DNA of 64,000 bases from an uncultured Gammaproteobacteria bacterium (GCA_964411255.1 CAYPKD010000005.1:5547-69546), one strand, 5' to 3'; counted from the first letter of the stretch, positions 11,006 through 20,012 are shown. Notes: generated by a model not told the origin, from the sequence alone. A program made the numbers and translations.

Positions 11006-11134
11006 TTAAGGTGGTAGGCCGGTAGGATGGTAGTTTAATTGAAGAAATATAAACTACTTGCTATTCTATTCTAACTTTTTTAATTTTCAATATTTTGATA
11101 TAATAAAATAGTCTCTAATAAATAAAATAAAAAT

Positions 11135-11458
11135 ATGGCAGAAATAATATTAACTGATGATAACTTCGAAGTTGAGGTTTTAAATTTTAATGGCCCAGTG
11201 TTGGTTGACTTTTATGCAGATTGGTGTGGACCATGCAAGATGCAAGGTCCGATTATTGATGATTTAGCTAAAGAGCTAGAAGGAAAAGAAGTAAAAGTTG
11301 GGAAACTGGATATTGATAAAAATCCAAGAACCGCGGAAAAGTATGAAGTGATGAGTATTCCTACCTTAGTTTTGTTCAAAGGCGGAGAAGTAAAAGAAAC
11401 TTTGCATGGAGTTCATAATAAAGATGATCTTAAAGCAAAATTAGAATCATTGATGTAA
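11135..11458 (+). CDS. trxA: thioredoxin
   Basis: WCGPCK active site, 107 aa. Confidence 0.92.
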   Translation: MAEIILTDDNFEVEVLNFNGPVLVDFYADWCGPCKMQGPIIDDLAKELEGKEVKVGKLDIDKNPRTAEKYEVMSIPTLVLFKGGEVKETLHGVHNKDDLKAKLESLM

Positions 11459-11462
11459 TCCT

Positions 11463-11490
11463 GAGGGCTTGTATAGCCCTTTTTTGTGTT
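11463..11490 (+). terminator. rho-independent terminator after trxA
   Basis: Hairpin agggcttgtatagccct followed by ttttttgtgtt. Confidence 0.7.
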
Positions 11491-11519
11491 GAAAATGTTT
11501 AATAATTCCCAATTTTCAT

Positions 11520-12509
11520 ATGACAGATAAAAATACAATTTATGATGTAATAATCATCGGTGCTGGCGCTGCAGGTTTGACAGCAGCCATTTATACTGGC
11601 CGAAGAGAATTGAAAACATTAATTTTGACAAAAGACATTGGCGGCCAGGCTGCGATGACTGATGAAATTGAAAATTGGCCTGGTGAAATTTCTATTTTAG
11701 GACCTGAACTAATGAATAAATTTAAAGCCCAAGCTGAAAAGTGGGGTGCAAAAATTGAATTTGCTGAAATAAAAGAGATTAAAAAAGAAAAAGATTATTT
11801 TGTACTACTTGCAGATGGAAAAGAATATAAAGCATTAACTATAATTTTAGGATTTGGACTTGAGCATAGGAAATTAGGAGTGAGCGGAGAGAAAGAATTT
11901 ACTGGAAAAGGAATATCATATTGCGCCACTTGTGATGGCCCATTATTTCGAGGGAAGACAATTGGTGTGGTTGGCGGAGGTAATTCAGCTTTGGATGCAG
12001 TTGAATATTTAGCAAAGCTGGCGGAAAAGGTTTATATGTTTATTAGAAAAGATACTTTTAGTCCAAATGCAGAGACAGTTCTTGTTGATACAATTCAGAA
12101 TTTGGAAAAACAAGGCAAAGTTGAAGTAATGTGGAACACAGAAGTAAAGGAAATAAAAGGAGAAAAATTAATGAATTCTGTGGAATTTGTTAATAATAAA
12201 ACGAATAAAACACAAGATTTAGAATTAAAGGGTTTATTTATTGAAATTGGCATGGTACCGCAGACAAAAGTGATTGAAGGCCTGGTTGATTTAGATGAAC
12301 GTGGACAAATAGTAATTGATCAGGGATGTAATACCAGCGTGCCTGGCATTTATGCTGCTGGTGATGTAACTATCAGTCCATATAAACAATTGGTCACTTC
12401 TGCTGGGGAAGGTGCAAAAGCAGCTTTATCAGCATATTCTCATATTCAGAAAACTCAGGGTAAAAAAGGCGGAGTTGGGAGTGATTTTACAAAAAAGAAA
12501 ATTATGTAA
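11520..12509 (+). CDS. trxB: thioredoxin-disulfide reductase
   Basis: FAD motif IIGAGAAGLTAAIY and redox-active CATCDG. Confidence 0.92.
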   Translation: MTDKNTIYDVIIIGAGAAGLTAAIYTGRRELKTLILTKDIGGQAAMTDEIENWPGEISILGPELMNKFKAQAEKWGAKIEFAEIKEIKKEKDYFVLLADGKEYKALTIILGFGLEHRKLGVSGEKEFTGKGISYCATCDGPLFRGKTIGVVGGGNSALDAVEYLAKLAEKVYMFIRKDTFSPNAETVLVDTIQNLEKQGKVEVMWNTEVKEIKGEKLMNSVEFVNNKTNKTQDLELKGLFIEIGMVPQTKVIEGLVDLDERGQIVIDQGCNTSVPGIYAAGDVTISPYKQLVTSAGEGAKAALSAYSHIQKTQGKKGGVGSDFTKKKIM

Positions 12510-12620
12510 AAACAGATCAACGGATAGCAACAGATACAACGGAAATCAATTAATATCCGTTTCATCTGTTGTAGATCTGCCAGTCCTGAGCTTGTCGAAG
12601 GGTTGATCCGTTTGAATAAT
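12510..12620 (+). repeat. MITE-like / leader repeat element, copy A
   Basis: About 110 bp with imperfect terminal inverted repeats aaacagatcaac...gttgatccgttt and internal CAAC(A/G)GATA direct repeats. It is homologous to 16540-16630 and 30090-30200 and ends at the gdh ATG. Confidence 0.6.
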
Positions 12621-13844
12621 ATGAATGCATTTGAAAACGCAATGCAGCAACTTGATAATGCTGCGAAAATAATTAATTTAGATGAAAAAGTGCTTCAGTC
12701 ATTAAAAAGGCCTCAAAAGATAATTGAGGTTTCTTTGCCTGTGAAAATGGATGACGGCTCGTTAAAGTTTTTTGAAGGTTATCGCGTTCAATATAATAAT
12801 TGGCGAGGGCCATTCAAAGGCGGCATTCGGTTCTTTCCAGAAGTTGACAAGGACGAAGTAAAAGCTTTATCGTTTTGGATGACCATAAAGTGCGCTGTTT
12901 TAGATTTGCCGCTTGGAGGCGGAAAAGGCGGTGTTACTGTAAACCCGAAAGAACTTTCAGAAAAAGAGTTGGAAAATTTAAGCCGCGTTTATACCCGGGC
13001 TTTATATAATGACATTGGACCAGACAAAGATGTACCAGCGCCAGATGTTTATACCACTCCTCAAATTATGTCCTGGATGGCTGATGAGTATTCAAAAATT
13101 AAGAAAAAAAAGACACCAGGCGTGATTACCGGAAAACCGCTTGAAGCTGGAGGCTCTGAAGGCAGAAGTACAGCTACGGCTCAGGGAGGATTTTATTTGC
13201 TAAAGCACATTATGGAAATTGAGCAGAGAAAGCCTGAAAATCAAACAGTGGCTATTCAGGGATTTGGCAATGCAGGCTCAGTAATGGCGCAGCTTTGTCA
13301 TCAGGATGGATTAAAAGTAGTGGCAGTTTCAGATTCAAAAGGAGGAATTTATAAAAAAGATGGGTTAGACATTAAAAAAGTTATTGAACATAAAAAAGAA
13401 ACTGGATCAGTGCAAAATTTTGAAAATGCAGAAAATATTTCAAATGAAAAATTATTAGAGCTTGATGTGCAGTTTTTAGTGCCTGCAGCTTTAGAAAATC
13501 AAATAACGCGAAATAACGCAAATAAAATTGACGCCAACATTATTATTGAGCTGGCTAATGGACCGATTACGCCTGAAGCAGACATTATTTTATTTGAAAA
13601 AGGAATAAATGTTGTTCCAGATGTGCTGGCAAATGCAGGTGGGGTGACAGTTTCATATTTTGAATGGTATCAGAATGTAAATAATGAAAAATGGACAGAA
13701 AAAAAGGTTTTTGAAAAATTAAAACCCAAAATGATTGAAAATTACGATCAGGTTTTTGAAAAACGAAATGAATTTCAGGTTGATATGAGGCGGGCAGCGT
13801 TTGTGTTGGCCTTGGAAAGACTAAAGCAAACCTTTCCTTTTTGA
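12621..13844 (+). CDS. gdhA: glutamate dehydrogenase (Glu/Leu/Phe/Val dehydrogenase family)
   Basis: KGGIRF and LPLGGGKGG signatures plus a Rossmann GFGNAGS motif. True start taken as ATG 12621; the ORF-track extension through the repeat is rejected. Confidence 0.9.
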   Translation: MNAFENAMQQLDNAAKIINLDEKVLQSLKRPQKIIEVSLPVKMDDGSLKFFEGYRVQYNNWRGPFKGGIRFFPEVDKDEVKALSFWMTIKCAVLDLPLGGGKGGVTVNPKELSEKELENLSRVYTRALYNDIGPDKDVPAPDVYTTPQIMSWMADEYSKIKKKKTPGVITGKPLEAGGSEGRSTATAQGGFYLLKHIMEIEQRKPENQTVAIQGFGNAGSVMAQLCHQDGLKVVAVSDSKGGIYKKDGLDIKKVIEHKKETGSVQNFENAENISNEKLLELDVQFLVPAALENQITRNNANKIDANIIIELANGPITPEADIILFEKGINVVPDVLANAGGVTVSYFEWYQNVNNEKWTEKKVFEKLKPKMIENYDQVFEKRNEFQVDMRRAAFVLALERLKQTFPF

Positions 13845-13871
13845 GTTTGGACACAATAATAACAATAAAAT

Positions 13872-14530
13872 ATGGATAATATAGCTAAAAAGAAAATTGA
13901 TGAGATTTACTCAACAGGTCAAGTTGTCTCAGAATTTGACAAGACCACACACACCATCTTTCCAGTTTCCATAGACCCAGTAGAAGGAAAAAGTTTACAA
14001 GAAGTTGTTAAGCAAGAGAATCCAAAGACAGTGATAGAAATAGGACTTGGTTATGGTTTCGCTGCGTTGAATGTTTTTGCAGGAATAAATATCTCAAAAG
14101 GAAAAGATTTTAGATACATAACCATTGATCCTAATCAAGAGAGTCGTTTTTCAAATATTGGACTTCAACTATTACAAGAAATTGAGGCATCTGATTGCGT
14201 TGAGTTTCATAACTCTCTATCTGAGCTTGTATTACCGCACCTTATTGAAGCAAATGAAAAAGCAGATTTCGCAATAGTGATGGTAATCACAGATTCGAAC
14301 ATGTTTTTGTAGATTTATTTTATCTGGATCGAATCTTAAAACCAGGTAGCATAATTTTTCTTGATGACTTTCAATTACCTGGAATTCAAAAAGTTGTTTC
14401 ATTTTTTGTAAATAATATTGAATGGAAAATTGAAGCAGAAGGAAGTATTTCAAAGGATCATCATTGGGTAACGTTACGAACTCGATCTGAAGTCTTGGAG
14501 CGAGATTATGATGCTTTTACTGATTTCTAA
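13872..14530 (+). pseudogene. class I SAM-dependent O-methyltransferase, frameshifted
   Basis: N-terminal part VIEIGLGYGFAALN...ADFAIV continues in another frame as DGNHRFEHVFVDLFYLDRILKPGSIIFLDDF. An apparent 1-nt deletion near 14279 separates the two frames. Confidence 0.55.
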
Positions 14531-14541
14531 AACGAATAAAT

Positions 14542-15081
14542 ATGCTTGGATTGAATCGTAAAAATGTGAAATTATCAAAATATCATCCGGGCTGGAAAAA
14601 GGCTTTTGAGGATGAAAAGACAGCTATCCAAAAGAAATTAGGAGAATCCGTATTAGATATTGAACATATCGGCTCAACATCAATTCCAGGAATGAGTGCA
14701 AAGCCTGTTCTTGATTTTATGATTGCAGTAAAATCAGTTGATGACTATGAAAAATTTGTTGAGCCTCTAAAAAAACTTGGATACAAATTTCGAAGAGACA
14801 ACAGAGAAATTCAGGAACACATTTTATTTGTAAAAGGTCCTGAGGATTTAAGAACCCACTATCTCAAACTAACTGAAAAAGACTCTGAATTCTGGAAAGA
14901 ACATATTTTGTTCCGTGATTATTTAAGAAATCATCCTAAAACGGCTAGGGAATATCAAGAACTAAAAGAAAACCTGCAGGAATCTCTTGGGTCAAGCAGG
15001 GCTACTTACACTGAAGCTAAAGCAGAATTTATCCAAAAGATACTTAGACTGGTAAAAGCTGAGGAAAAGGCTAAACAGTAA
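14542..15081 (+). CDS. GrpB family (UPF0157) protein
   Basis: HIGSTSIPGMSAKPVLD and the conserved C-terminal block typical of GrpB. Confidence 0.65.
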   Translation: MLGLNRKNVKLSKYHPGWKKAFEDEKTAIQKKLGESVLDIEHIGSTSIPGMSAKPVLDFMIAVKSVDDYEKFVEPLKKLGYKFRRDNREIQEHILFVKGPEDLRTHYLKLTEKDSEFWKEHILFRDYLRNHPKTAREYQELKENLQESLGSSRATYTEAKAEFIQKILRLVKAEEKAKQ

Positions 15082-15118
15082 CCGCAAACGGCATTTGCTG
15101 AAATTTCCTATATTAATT

Positions 15119-15736
15119 ATGCACTACGAAAGAAAATTATTTAAAGAAGGATTTAATTATATCGCCGGCATAGATGAAGCCGGCCGCGGGGCCTGGGCAG
15201 GGCCTTTATTTGTTGGTGCTGTTATTTTACCAATAAAGAACTTATCTGAATTTGGTAATATAAAAGATTCAAAAAAACTAACAGCAAAAACAAGGGAAAT
15301 ACTCGAGGATAATATAAAGCAAAATTGTGTGAGCTGGGCAGTGGGAAAAGCTGAGAGTTATGAAATTGACGAGCTGGGATTACAAAATGCGCATTTGCTT
15401 GCGGTCGAGCGTGCATTTTTAACATTAAAGCAATATCCGGATTATGTATTGGTCGATCGAATTGCCAAAGTTAAATTCCCAATACCTTTTGAAAATATTA
15501 TTAAAGCTGATGATAAGTTTTTATGCGTAGGGGCAGCATCAATTATTGCTAAAGTTGGCAGAGATAGAGAAATGATTCGATTGGCTAAAGAGTTCCCTGA
15601 ATTTAAATTTGAAGATCATAAGGGTTATGGCACAAAGCTGCATCAGGATTTAATTGATCAATATGGATTATGCAAAATTCACCGTAGATTATTTTCACCA
15701 ATCCGGCAGCTTGACAAGGATTTACATTTGTTATAA
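15119..15736 (+). CDS. rnhB: ribonuclease HII
   Basis: GIDEAGRGAWAGPLFVGAVIL signature; start taken at ATG 15119. Confidence 0.85.
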   Translation: MHYERKLFKEGFNYIAGIDEAGRGAWAGPLFVGAVILPIKNLSEFGNIKDSKKLTAKTREILEDNIKQNCVSWAVGKAESYEIDELGLQNAHLLAVERAFLTLKQYPDYVLVDRIAKVKFPIPFENIIKADDKFLCVGAASIIAKVGRDREMIRLAKEFPEFKFEDHKGYGTKLHQDLIDQYGLCKIHRRLFSPIRQLDKDLHLL

Positions 15737-15772
15737 TATTTTTTATTCATAATCAAAAAAGAGGGGGAGATC

Positions 15773-15892
15773 ATGGATTCACCATTTTGGCATCAAGTAA
15801 TTTGGATATTTGGTATTGTTGGAACATTATGTGTAGGTGCATTAATTTATTATTTAATTCGATGGTTAAAAGGGAAAAAAGAGATAAACTAA
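15773..15892 (+). CDS. small hydrophobic membrane peptide (39 aa)
   Basis: Strong RBS AGAGGGGGAG 7 nt upstream of the ATG, a single TM helix, and a terminator immediately downstream. Not in the ORF track (under 60 aa). Confidence 0.45.
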   Translation: MDSPFWHQVIWIFGIVGTLCVGALIYYLIRWLKGKKEIN

Positions 15893-15902
15893 TATGAATA
15901 GT

Positions 15903-15931
15903 GACAGAACTTCATAGAGTTCTGTTTTTTT
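15903..15931 (+). terminator. rho-independent terminator
   Basis: Hairpin acagaact-tcatag-agttctgt followed by ttttttt. Confidence 0.7.
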
Positions 15932-16059
15932 ATTATGAGATTACCACGATGTGGTCACTTCGTGACAAGATCCATAATACGAGATAATACAGATTACAGA
16001 TAGTACAAGATTAGCGGATTCCAAATAGTAATAAGCAATCAGCAATTAACAATCATTCC

Positions 16060-16088
16060 TTGACATAATTTTAAATAAATGATAACAT
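16060..16088 (+). promoter_or_regulatory. candidate promoter TTGACA-17-TAACAT
   Basis: Consensus -35 with a 17-nt spacer, about 45 nt upstream of ORF 16134. Confidence 0.4.
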
Positions 16089-16133
16089 TGATAAATGTTG
16101 GGTGAGGTCAGACATCTAAAAAAGGAGGGGTAG

Positions 16134-16454
16134 ATGTCGAGAAGAAAAGACAGAGAAGAATCCAAACCAGGCGGTACGTATGATATTCCACTTGAAAAAG
16201 TGGTTGTCACAGCTCCTGGGCAAAAACCAGATGAAGTTGCTGCAAAAAAGCAGATTGCTCAAAAGGTTTTGAGTAGCCTGCCGCCTGCAGTGGACCGGGG
16301 TTTGCGAGTGGCGTTTGGTATTCCAGTGCCATCGAGTATGCCACTTTCTCAAAAAGAGGGCGCCAGCCCAGAAACAAAAGTTGAAATTGCAAAAATTGAA
16401 CGCAGGGCCTTGGAGCGGCTTCAAACGCAACAAGCAGTTGATTCATTAAAATAA
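16134..16454 (+). CDS. hypothetical small protein, compositionally GC-rich
   Basis: RBS AAGGAGGGG, own promoter and terminator. GC content is visibly higher than the flanks, and both strands are open in this stretch. Confidence 0.5.
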   Translation: MSRRKDREESKPGGTYDIPLEKVVVTAPGQKPDEVAAKKQIAQKVLSSLPPAVDRGLRVAFGIPVPSSMPLSQKEGASPETKVEIAKIERRALERLQTQQAVDSLK

Positions 16455-16469
16455 ATTCATTAATTTATT

Positions 16470-16495
16470 AAGGACTCTTTTGGGTCCTTTTTTAC
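16470..16495 (+). terminator. rho-independent terminator
   Basis: Hairpin aaggactc-tttt-gggtcctt followed by tttttt. Confidence 0.7.
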
Positions 16496-16524
16496 TTGAT
16501 TTTTTGTAAAAATTCAGATAGAAT
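16496..16524 (+). promoter_or_regulatory. candidate promoter TTGATT-17-TAGAAT for leuS
   Basis: Direct motif match; places repeat copy B in the leuS 5' leader. Confidence 0.4.
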
Positions 16525-16539
16525 AGTAATAGTTTTTAG

Positions 16540-16630
16540 AAAAACAGATCAACAGATCAGCAACGGATACAACGGAAATCATTTGACATCTGTTTCATCT
16601 GTTGAATATCCGTTGATCCGTTTGAACAAT
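16540..16630 (+). repeat. MITE-like / leader repeat element, copy B
   Basis: Aligns with copy A over its full length except for a roughly 30-nt internal indel. Termini aaacagatcaac...gttgatccgttt; ends at the leuS ATG. Confidence 0.6.
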
Positions 16631-19036
16631 ATGAAGAAATATAATCACCAAAAATTAGAAAAAAAGTGGCAAGAGTATTGGGAAGAAAAAGAAATATACA
16701 AAGCTTTGGATTTTGATCAAACAGATAAGCCTAAATATTACAGTTTAATAGAATTCCCTTATCCATCTGGGGAAGGTCTTCATGTTGGCCATCCGCGAAG
16801 CTACACCGCCTTAGATGTTATTGCCAGAAAGAAAAGGATGCAAGGGTATAATGTTTTATTCCCAATTGGCTGGGATGCTTTTGGTTTACCCACGGAAAAT
16901 TATGCAATAAAAACCGGTATTCATCCAAAATTAGCTACTGCTCAAAATGTTAAAAGATTTACAAAGCAATTAAAGAGCCTGGGATTGAGTTTTGACTGGT
17001 CAAGGGAAATAAATACTACTGATCCTGAATATTATAAATGGACGCAATGGATATTTTTAAAATTGTATGAAAATGGTTTAGCATATAAAAAGAAAATGCC
17101 AATTAATTGGTGTCCTTCATGCAAAATTGGTTTAGCCAATGAAGAAGTGGTCAGTGGAGTTTGTGAGCGCTGCGGTCATGACGCAGAAAAAAGAGATATG
17201 AAACAATGGCTTTTAAAGATAACTGCATATGCAGATCGTTTGATTGAGGATTTGGAAACCGTTGATTATTCTGAGAATATTAAAACAGCGCAAATAAATT
17301 GGATTGGCCGGAGCGAAGGAGCTGATGTTGATTTTGAAATAAAAGGAACAGATAAAAAACTTAGTGTTTTTACCACCAGACCTGATACTTTATTTGGCGC
17401 AACGTACATGGCAATTGCTCCTGAACATGAATGGGTTGAAGAAATCACCACAAAAGACAATAAAGAAGCTGTTTTTAATTATCAAAAGCAGGCCAGGCAA
17501 AAATCAGATTTAGAAAGAACTGATTTGGCAAAAGAAAAGACCGGAGTGTTTACTGGCGCGTATGCAATTAATCCGGTCAATGGCCAGGAAATTCCAATTT
17601 GGGTTGCTGATTATGTTTTGTCAACTTATGGCAGTGGAGCAATTATGGCGGTACCAGCGCATGATGAGCGTGATTATGAATTTGCCAAAAAATATGATTT
17701 GCCAATTATTGAAGTTATTAAAGGCGGAGACATCGCAAAAGAAGCTTACACCGAAGATGGTGAGTTAATAAATTCAGAAATGCTTAATGGTTTAAATGTT
17801 AGTGATGCCATAAGTAAAATAAATAAATGGCTGGAGGAAAAAGAATTTGGTAAAGCAACTATTAATTATAAGCTTCGCGACTGGATTTTTTCCCGGCAAC
17901 ATTATTGGGGTGAGCCAATACCAATTGTTTTTTGTAAAAAATGCGGTACAGTACCTGTCCCATATGAAGAATTGCCACTGGAGTTGCCAAAAGTTGAAAA
18001 TTATAAGCCAACTGAAACGGGTGAATCACCTTTAGCAAATATTAAAAAGTGGGTTAATACAAAATGTCCAAAATGTAAGGGATCTGCAAAGAGAGAAACA
18101 GACACAATGCCAAACTGGGCTGGCAGTTCATGGTATTTCTTGCGATATTGCGATCCAAAGAACAGTGAAGAATTTGCAAATTCTGAGAAACTAAAATATT
18201 GGTTTCCAATAGATTTATACAATGGCGGAATGGAACACACAACATTGCATTTATTGTATTCCAGATTTTGGCATAAATTTTTATTTGATATAGATTTAGT
18301 GCCAACTTCAGAGCCTTACATGCAGCGGAGATCTCATGGCTTGATTATCGGAGAGGATGGACAGAAAATGTCAAAGTCTAGAGGTAATGTTATTAATCCG
18401 GACGATATTGTTAAGGAGCACGGAGCAGATGTTTTGAGAACATATGAGATGTTTATCGGTCCATATGATCAGTCTATCGCATGGTCAACAAACGGTATAA
18501 ATGGAATTCGGAGGTTTATTGATAGGATTTATAATTTTAAGGGTTTTAAAAATAATGGAACTAAGGATTCTGAGGAAGTTGAGATATTATTGCAAAAGAC
18601 AATAAAAAAAGTAACAGATGATATAGATAAAATGCATTTTAATACAGCTATTAGCGCTTTAATGATTTTATTGAACAAATTTGAAGAAGAAAAGATTATT
18701 TCAAAAGATACTTGGAAAATATTTTTAATAATGTTTTCTGTGTTCGCGCCACATATAACGGAAGAGCTTTGGCAGGCTCTGGGTGAAAAGACCAGCATAT
18801 GCCTAAAACCATGGCCCAAGTATGATGAGGGTAAAATTAAAGAAGAAAAAATTAAATTAGTAGTACAGGTTGATGGTAAGGTACGGGCAAATATCGAGGT
18901 AGAAAGCGGAATAATTGAAGACGAAGCAAAACAAATAGCATTGAAAGATGAAAAATTAAAAAAATCTATTGGGGATAAGGAAATTAAAAAAATTGTGTTT
19001 GTGAAGGATAAGCTGATTAATTTTGTGATAAAGTAA
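16631..19036 (+). CDS. leuS: leucyl-tRNA synthetase
   Basis: HIGH (HVGHPRSY) and KMSKS motifs and the editing domain. Start taken as ATG 16631 (MKKYNHQKLEKKWQEYW). Confidence 0.95.
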   Translation: MKKYNHQKLEKKWQEYWEEKEIYKALDFDQTDKPKYYSLIEFPYPSGEGLHVGHPRSYTALDVIARKKRMQGYNVLFPIGWDAFGLPTENYAIKTGIHPKLATAQNVKRFTKQLKSLGLSFDWSREINTTDPEYYKWTQWIFLKLYENGLAYKKKMPINWCPSCKIGLANEEVVSGVCERCGHDAEKRDMKQWLLKITAYADRLIEDLETVDYSENIKTAQINWIGRSEGADVDFEIKGTDKKLSVFTTRPDTLFGATYMAIAPEHEWVEEITTKDNKEAVFNYQKQARQKSDLERTDLAKEKTGVFTGAYAINPVNGQEIPIWVADYVLSTYGSGAIMAVPAHDERDYEFAKKYDLPIIEVIKGGDIAKEAYTEDGELINSEMLNGLNVSDAISKINKWLEEKEFGKATINYKLRDWIFSRQHYWGEPIPIVFCKKCGTVPVPYEELPLELPKVENYKPTETGESPLANIKKWVNTKCPKCKGSAKRETDTMPNWAGSSWYFLRYCDPKNSEEFANSEKLKYWFPIDLYNGGMEHTTLHLLYSRFWHKFLFDIDLVPTSEPYMQRRSHGLIIGEDGQKMSKSRGNVINPDDIVKEHGADVLRTYEMFIGPYDQSIAWSTNGINGIRRFIDRIYNFKGFKNNGTKDSEEVEILLQKTIKKVTDDIDKMHFNTAISALMILLNKFEEEKIISKDTWKIFLIMFSVFAPHITEELWQALGEKTSICLKPWPKYDEGKIKEEKIKLVVQVDGKVRANIEVESGIIEDEAKQIALKDEKLKKSIGDKEIKKIVFVKDKLINFVIK

Positions 19037-19037
19037 A

Positions 19038-19166
19038 ACCAGCATTTCTGCTGTACGCCTGCCAGTTTCGTGGTCAGCGGCAGAGATGCCGCTTGATTCA
19101 GTGCAGGCGCTTACAAGCACCATTTCTGGTGCTACCCAAAATGACAGCAGAAATGCTGGTTTTTTG
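19038..19166 (+). terminator. complex terminator-like structured element after leuS
   Basis: Perfect 17-bp outer stem accagcatttctgctgt / acagcagaaatgctggt followed by a T-run. It encloses about 86 nt of GC-rich sequence with at least two inner hairpins. Confidence 0.55.
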
Positions 19167-19215
19167 ATATTTCGATAAGGTGTGATAAGATAATATATGA
19201 TTATCTAGGATAAAT

Positions 19216-19974
19216 ATGCAACTTATTCACGATTTACAAGCAATAGGTTTAAATGACAAGGAGGCAAAAGTCTATATTTCCACTTTACAGCTGGGGTTTG
19301 CCAGTGTACAGGATATTGCTGAAAACTCTGAAATAAATAGAACAACGACCTATACTCATGTAAAGAATTTAATTGAACGCGGAATGATTTTAGCACAAGA
19401 AAAAGAGGGAAAGGTTTTTTATATTGCTGAAAAGCCTGAAAAAATTCAAATATTATTAGTTGCCAAAGAAGAGGAAATAAAAAGACAGCATCAGATATAT
19501 GAAGAGGTTTTGCCAGAGCTAAAAGCACTGTATAATGTTTCTATTGAAAAACCAAAAGTGAGATTTTTTGAAGGGAAAAGCGGACTTGAAGAAATGCAGG
19601 AAGACATGCTGTATAGCAGGGAGCCGATAATGTACGGATTTTACTGTTTGGATTTTGTCTATGATGTTTTTCCAAATATTTATAAAAATTATTCCCAACG
19701 CAGAGTAAAGACAGGAATAAGAACAAAAATTATCTACACCCGTAAATCAGGTCAAATGTATTTTGAAGATGATTCTGACAGGCTGAGAGAAAGAAGGTTT
19801 GTGCCTTATGATAATTTTCCCTTTCAGAGTGATGTCACAATTTATGGGAAAAAGGTGGCAATTGCTTCTTTGAAAGATTCTCTTTCGGGAATAATTATTT
19901 CAAACAAAAAAATCGCAGAGAGCTTTAAGCTATTATTTGAATTAGCTTGGCAGGGAGCGAAAAAATATAATTGA
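19216..19974 (+). CDS. TrmB-family transcriptional regulator
   Basis: N-terminal wHTH resembling TrmB (LGL..EAKVY..L...G.ASVQDIAE). Confidence 0.55.
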   Translation: MQLIHDLQAIGLNDKEAKVYISTLQLGFASVQDIAENSEINRTTTYTHVKNLIERGMILAQEKEGKVFYIAEKPEKIQILLVAKEEEIKRQHQIYEEVLPELKALYNVSIEKPKVRFFEGKSGLEEMQEDMLYSREPIMYGFYCLDFVYDVFPNIYKNYSQRRVKTGIRTKIIYTRKSGQMYFEDDSDRLRERRFVPYDNFPFQSDVTIYGKKVAIASLKDSLSGIIISNKKIAESFKLLFELAWQGAKKYN

Positions 19975-20012
19975 AAATATGGGATGTGAATAAAAGTGCA
20001 AAGCCTAGAACT

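Noticed and set aside
12412-12606. 64-aa + ORF spanning the trxB end and repeat copy A
   Set aside because: It overlaps the trxB 3' end and runs through the non-coding repeat element with no RBS. It is an artefact of the stop-free repeat.
16496-16630. N-terminal extensions of leuS (from 16496) and gdh (from 12603) in the ORF track
   Set aside because: The extensions are encoded by the shared repeat element (identical LIRLNNM peptide in both). Conserved protein N-termini begin at ATG 16631 and 12621.
16540-16630. T-box riboswitch upstream of leuS
   Set aside because: No T-box consensus (AATTAGGGTGGNACCGCG-like) or specifier/antiterminator arrangement is present. The element is a repeat shared with gdh.
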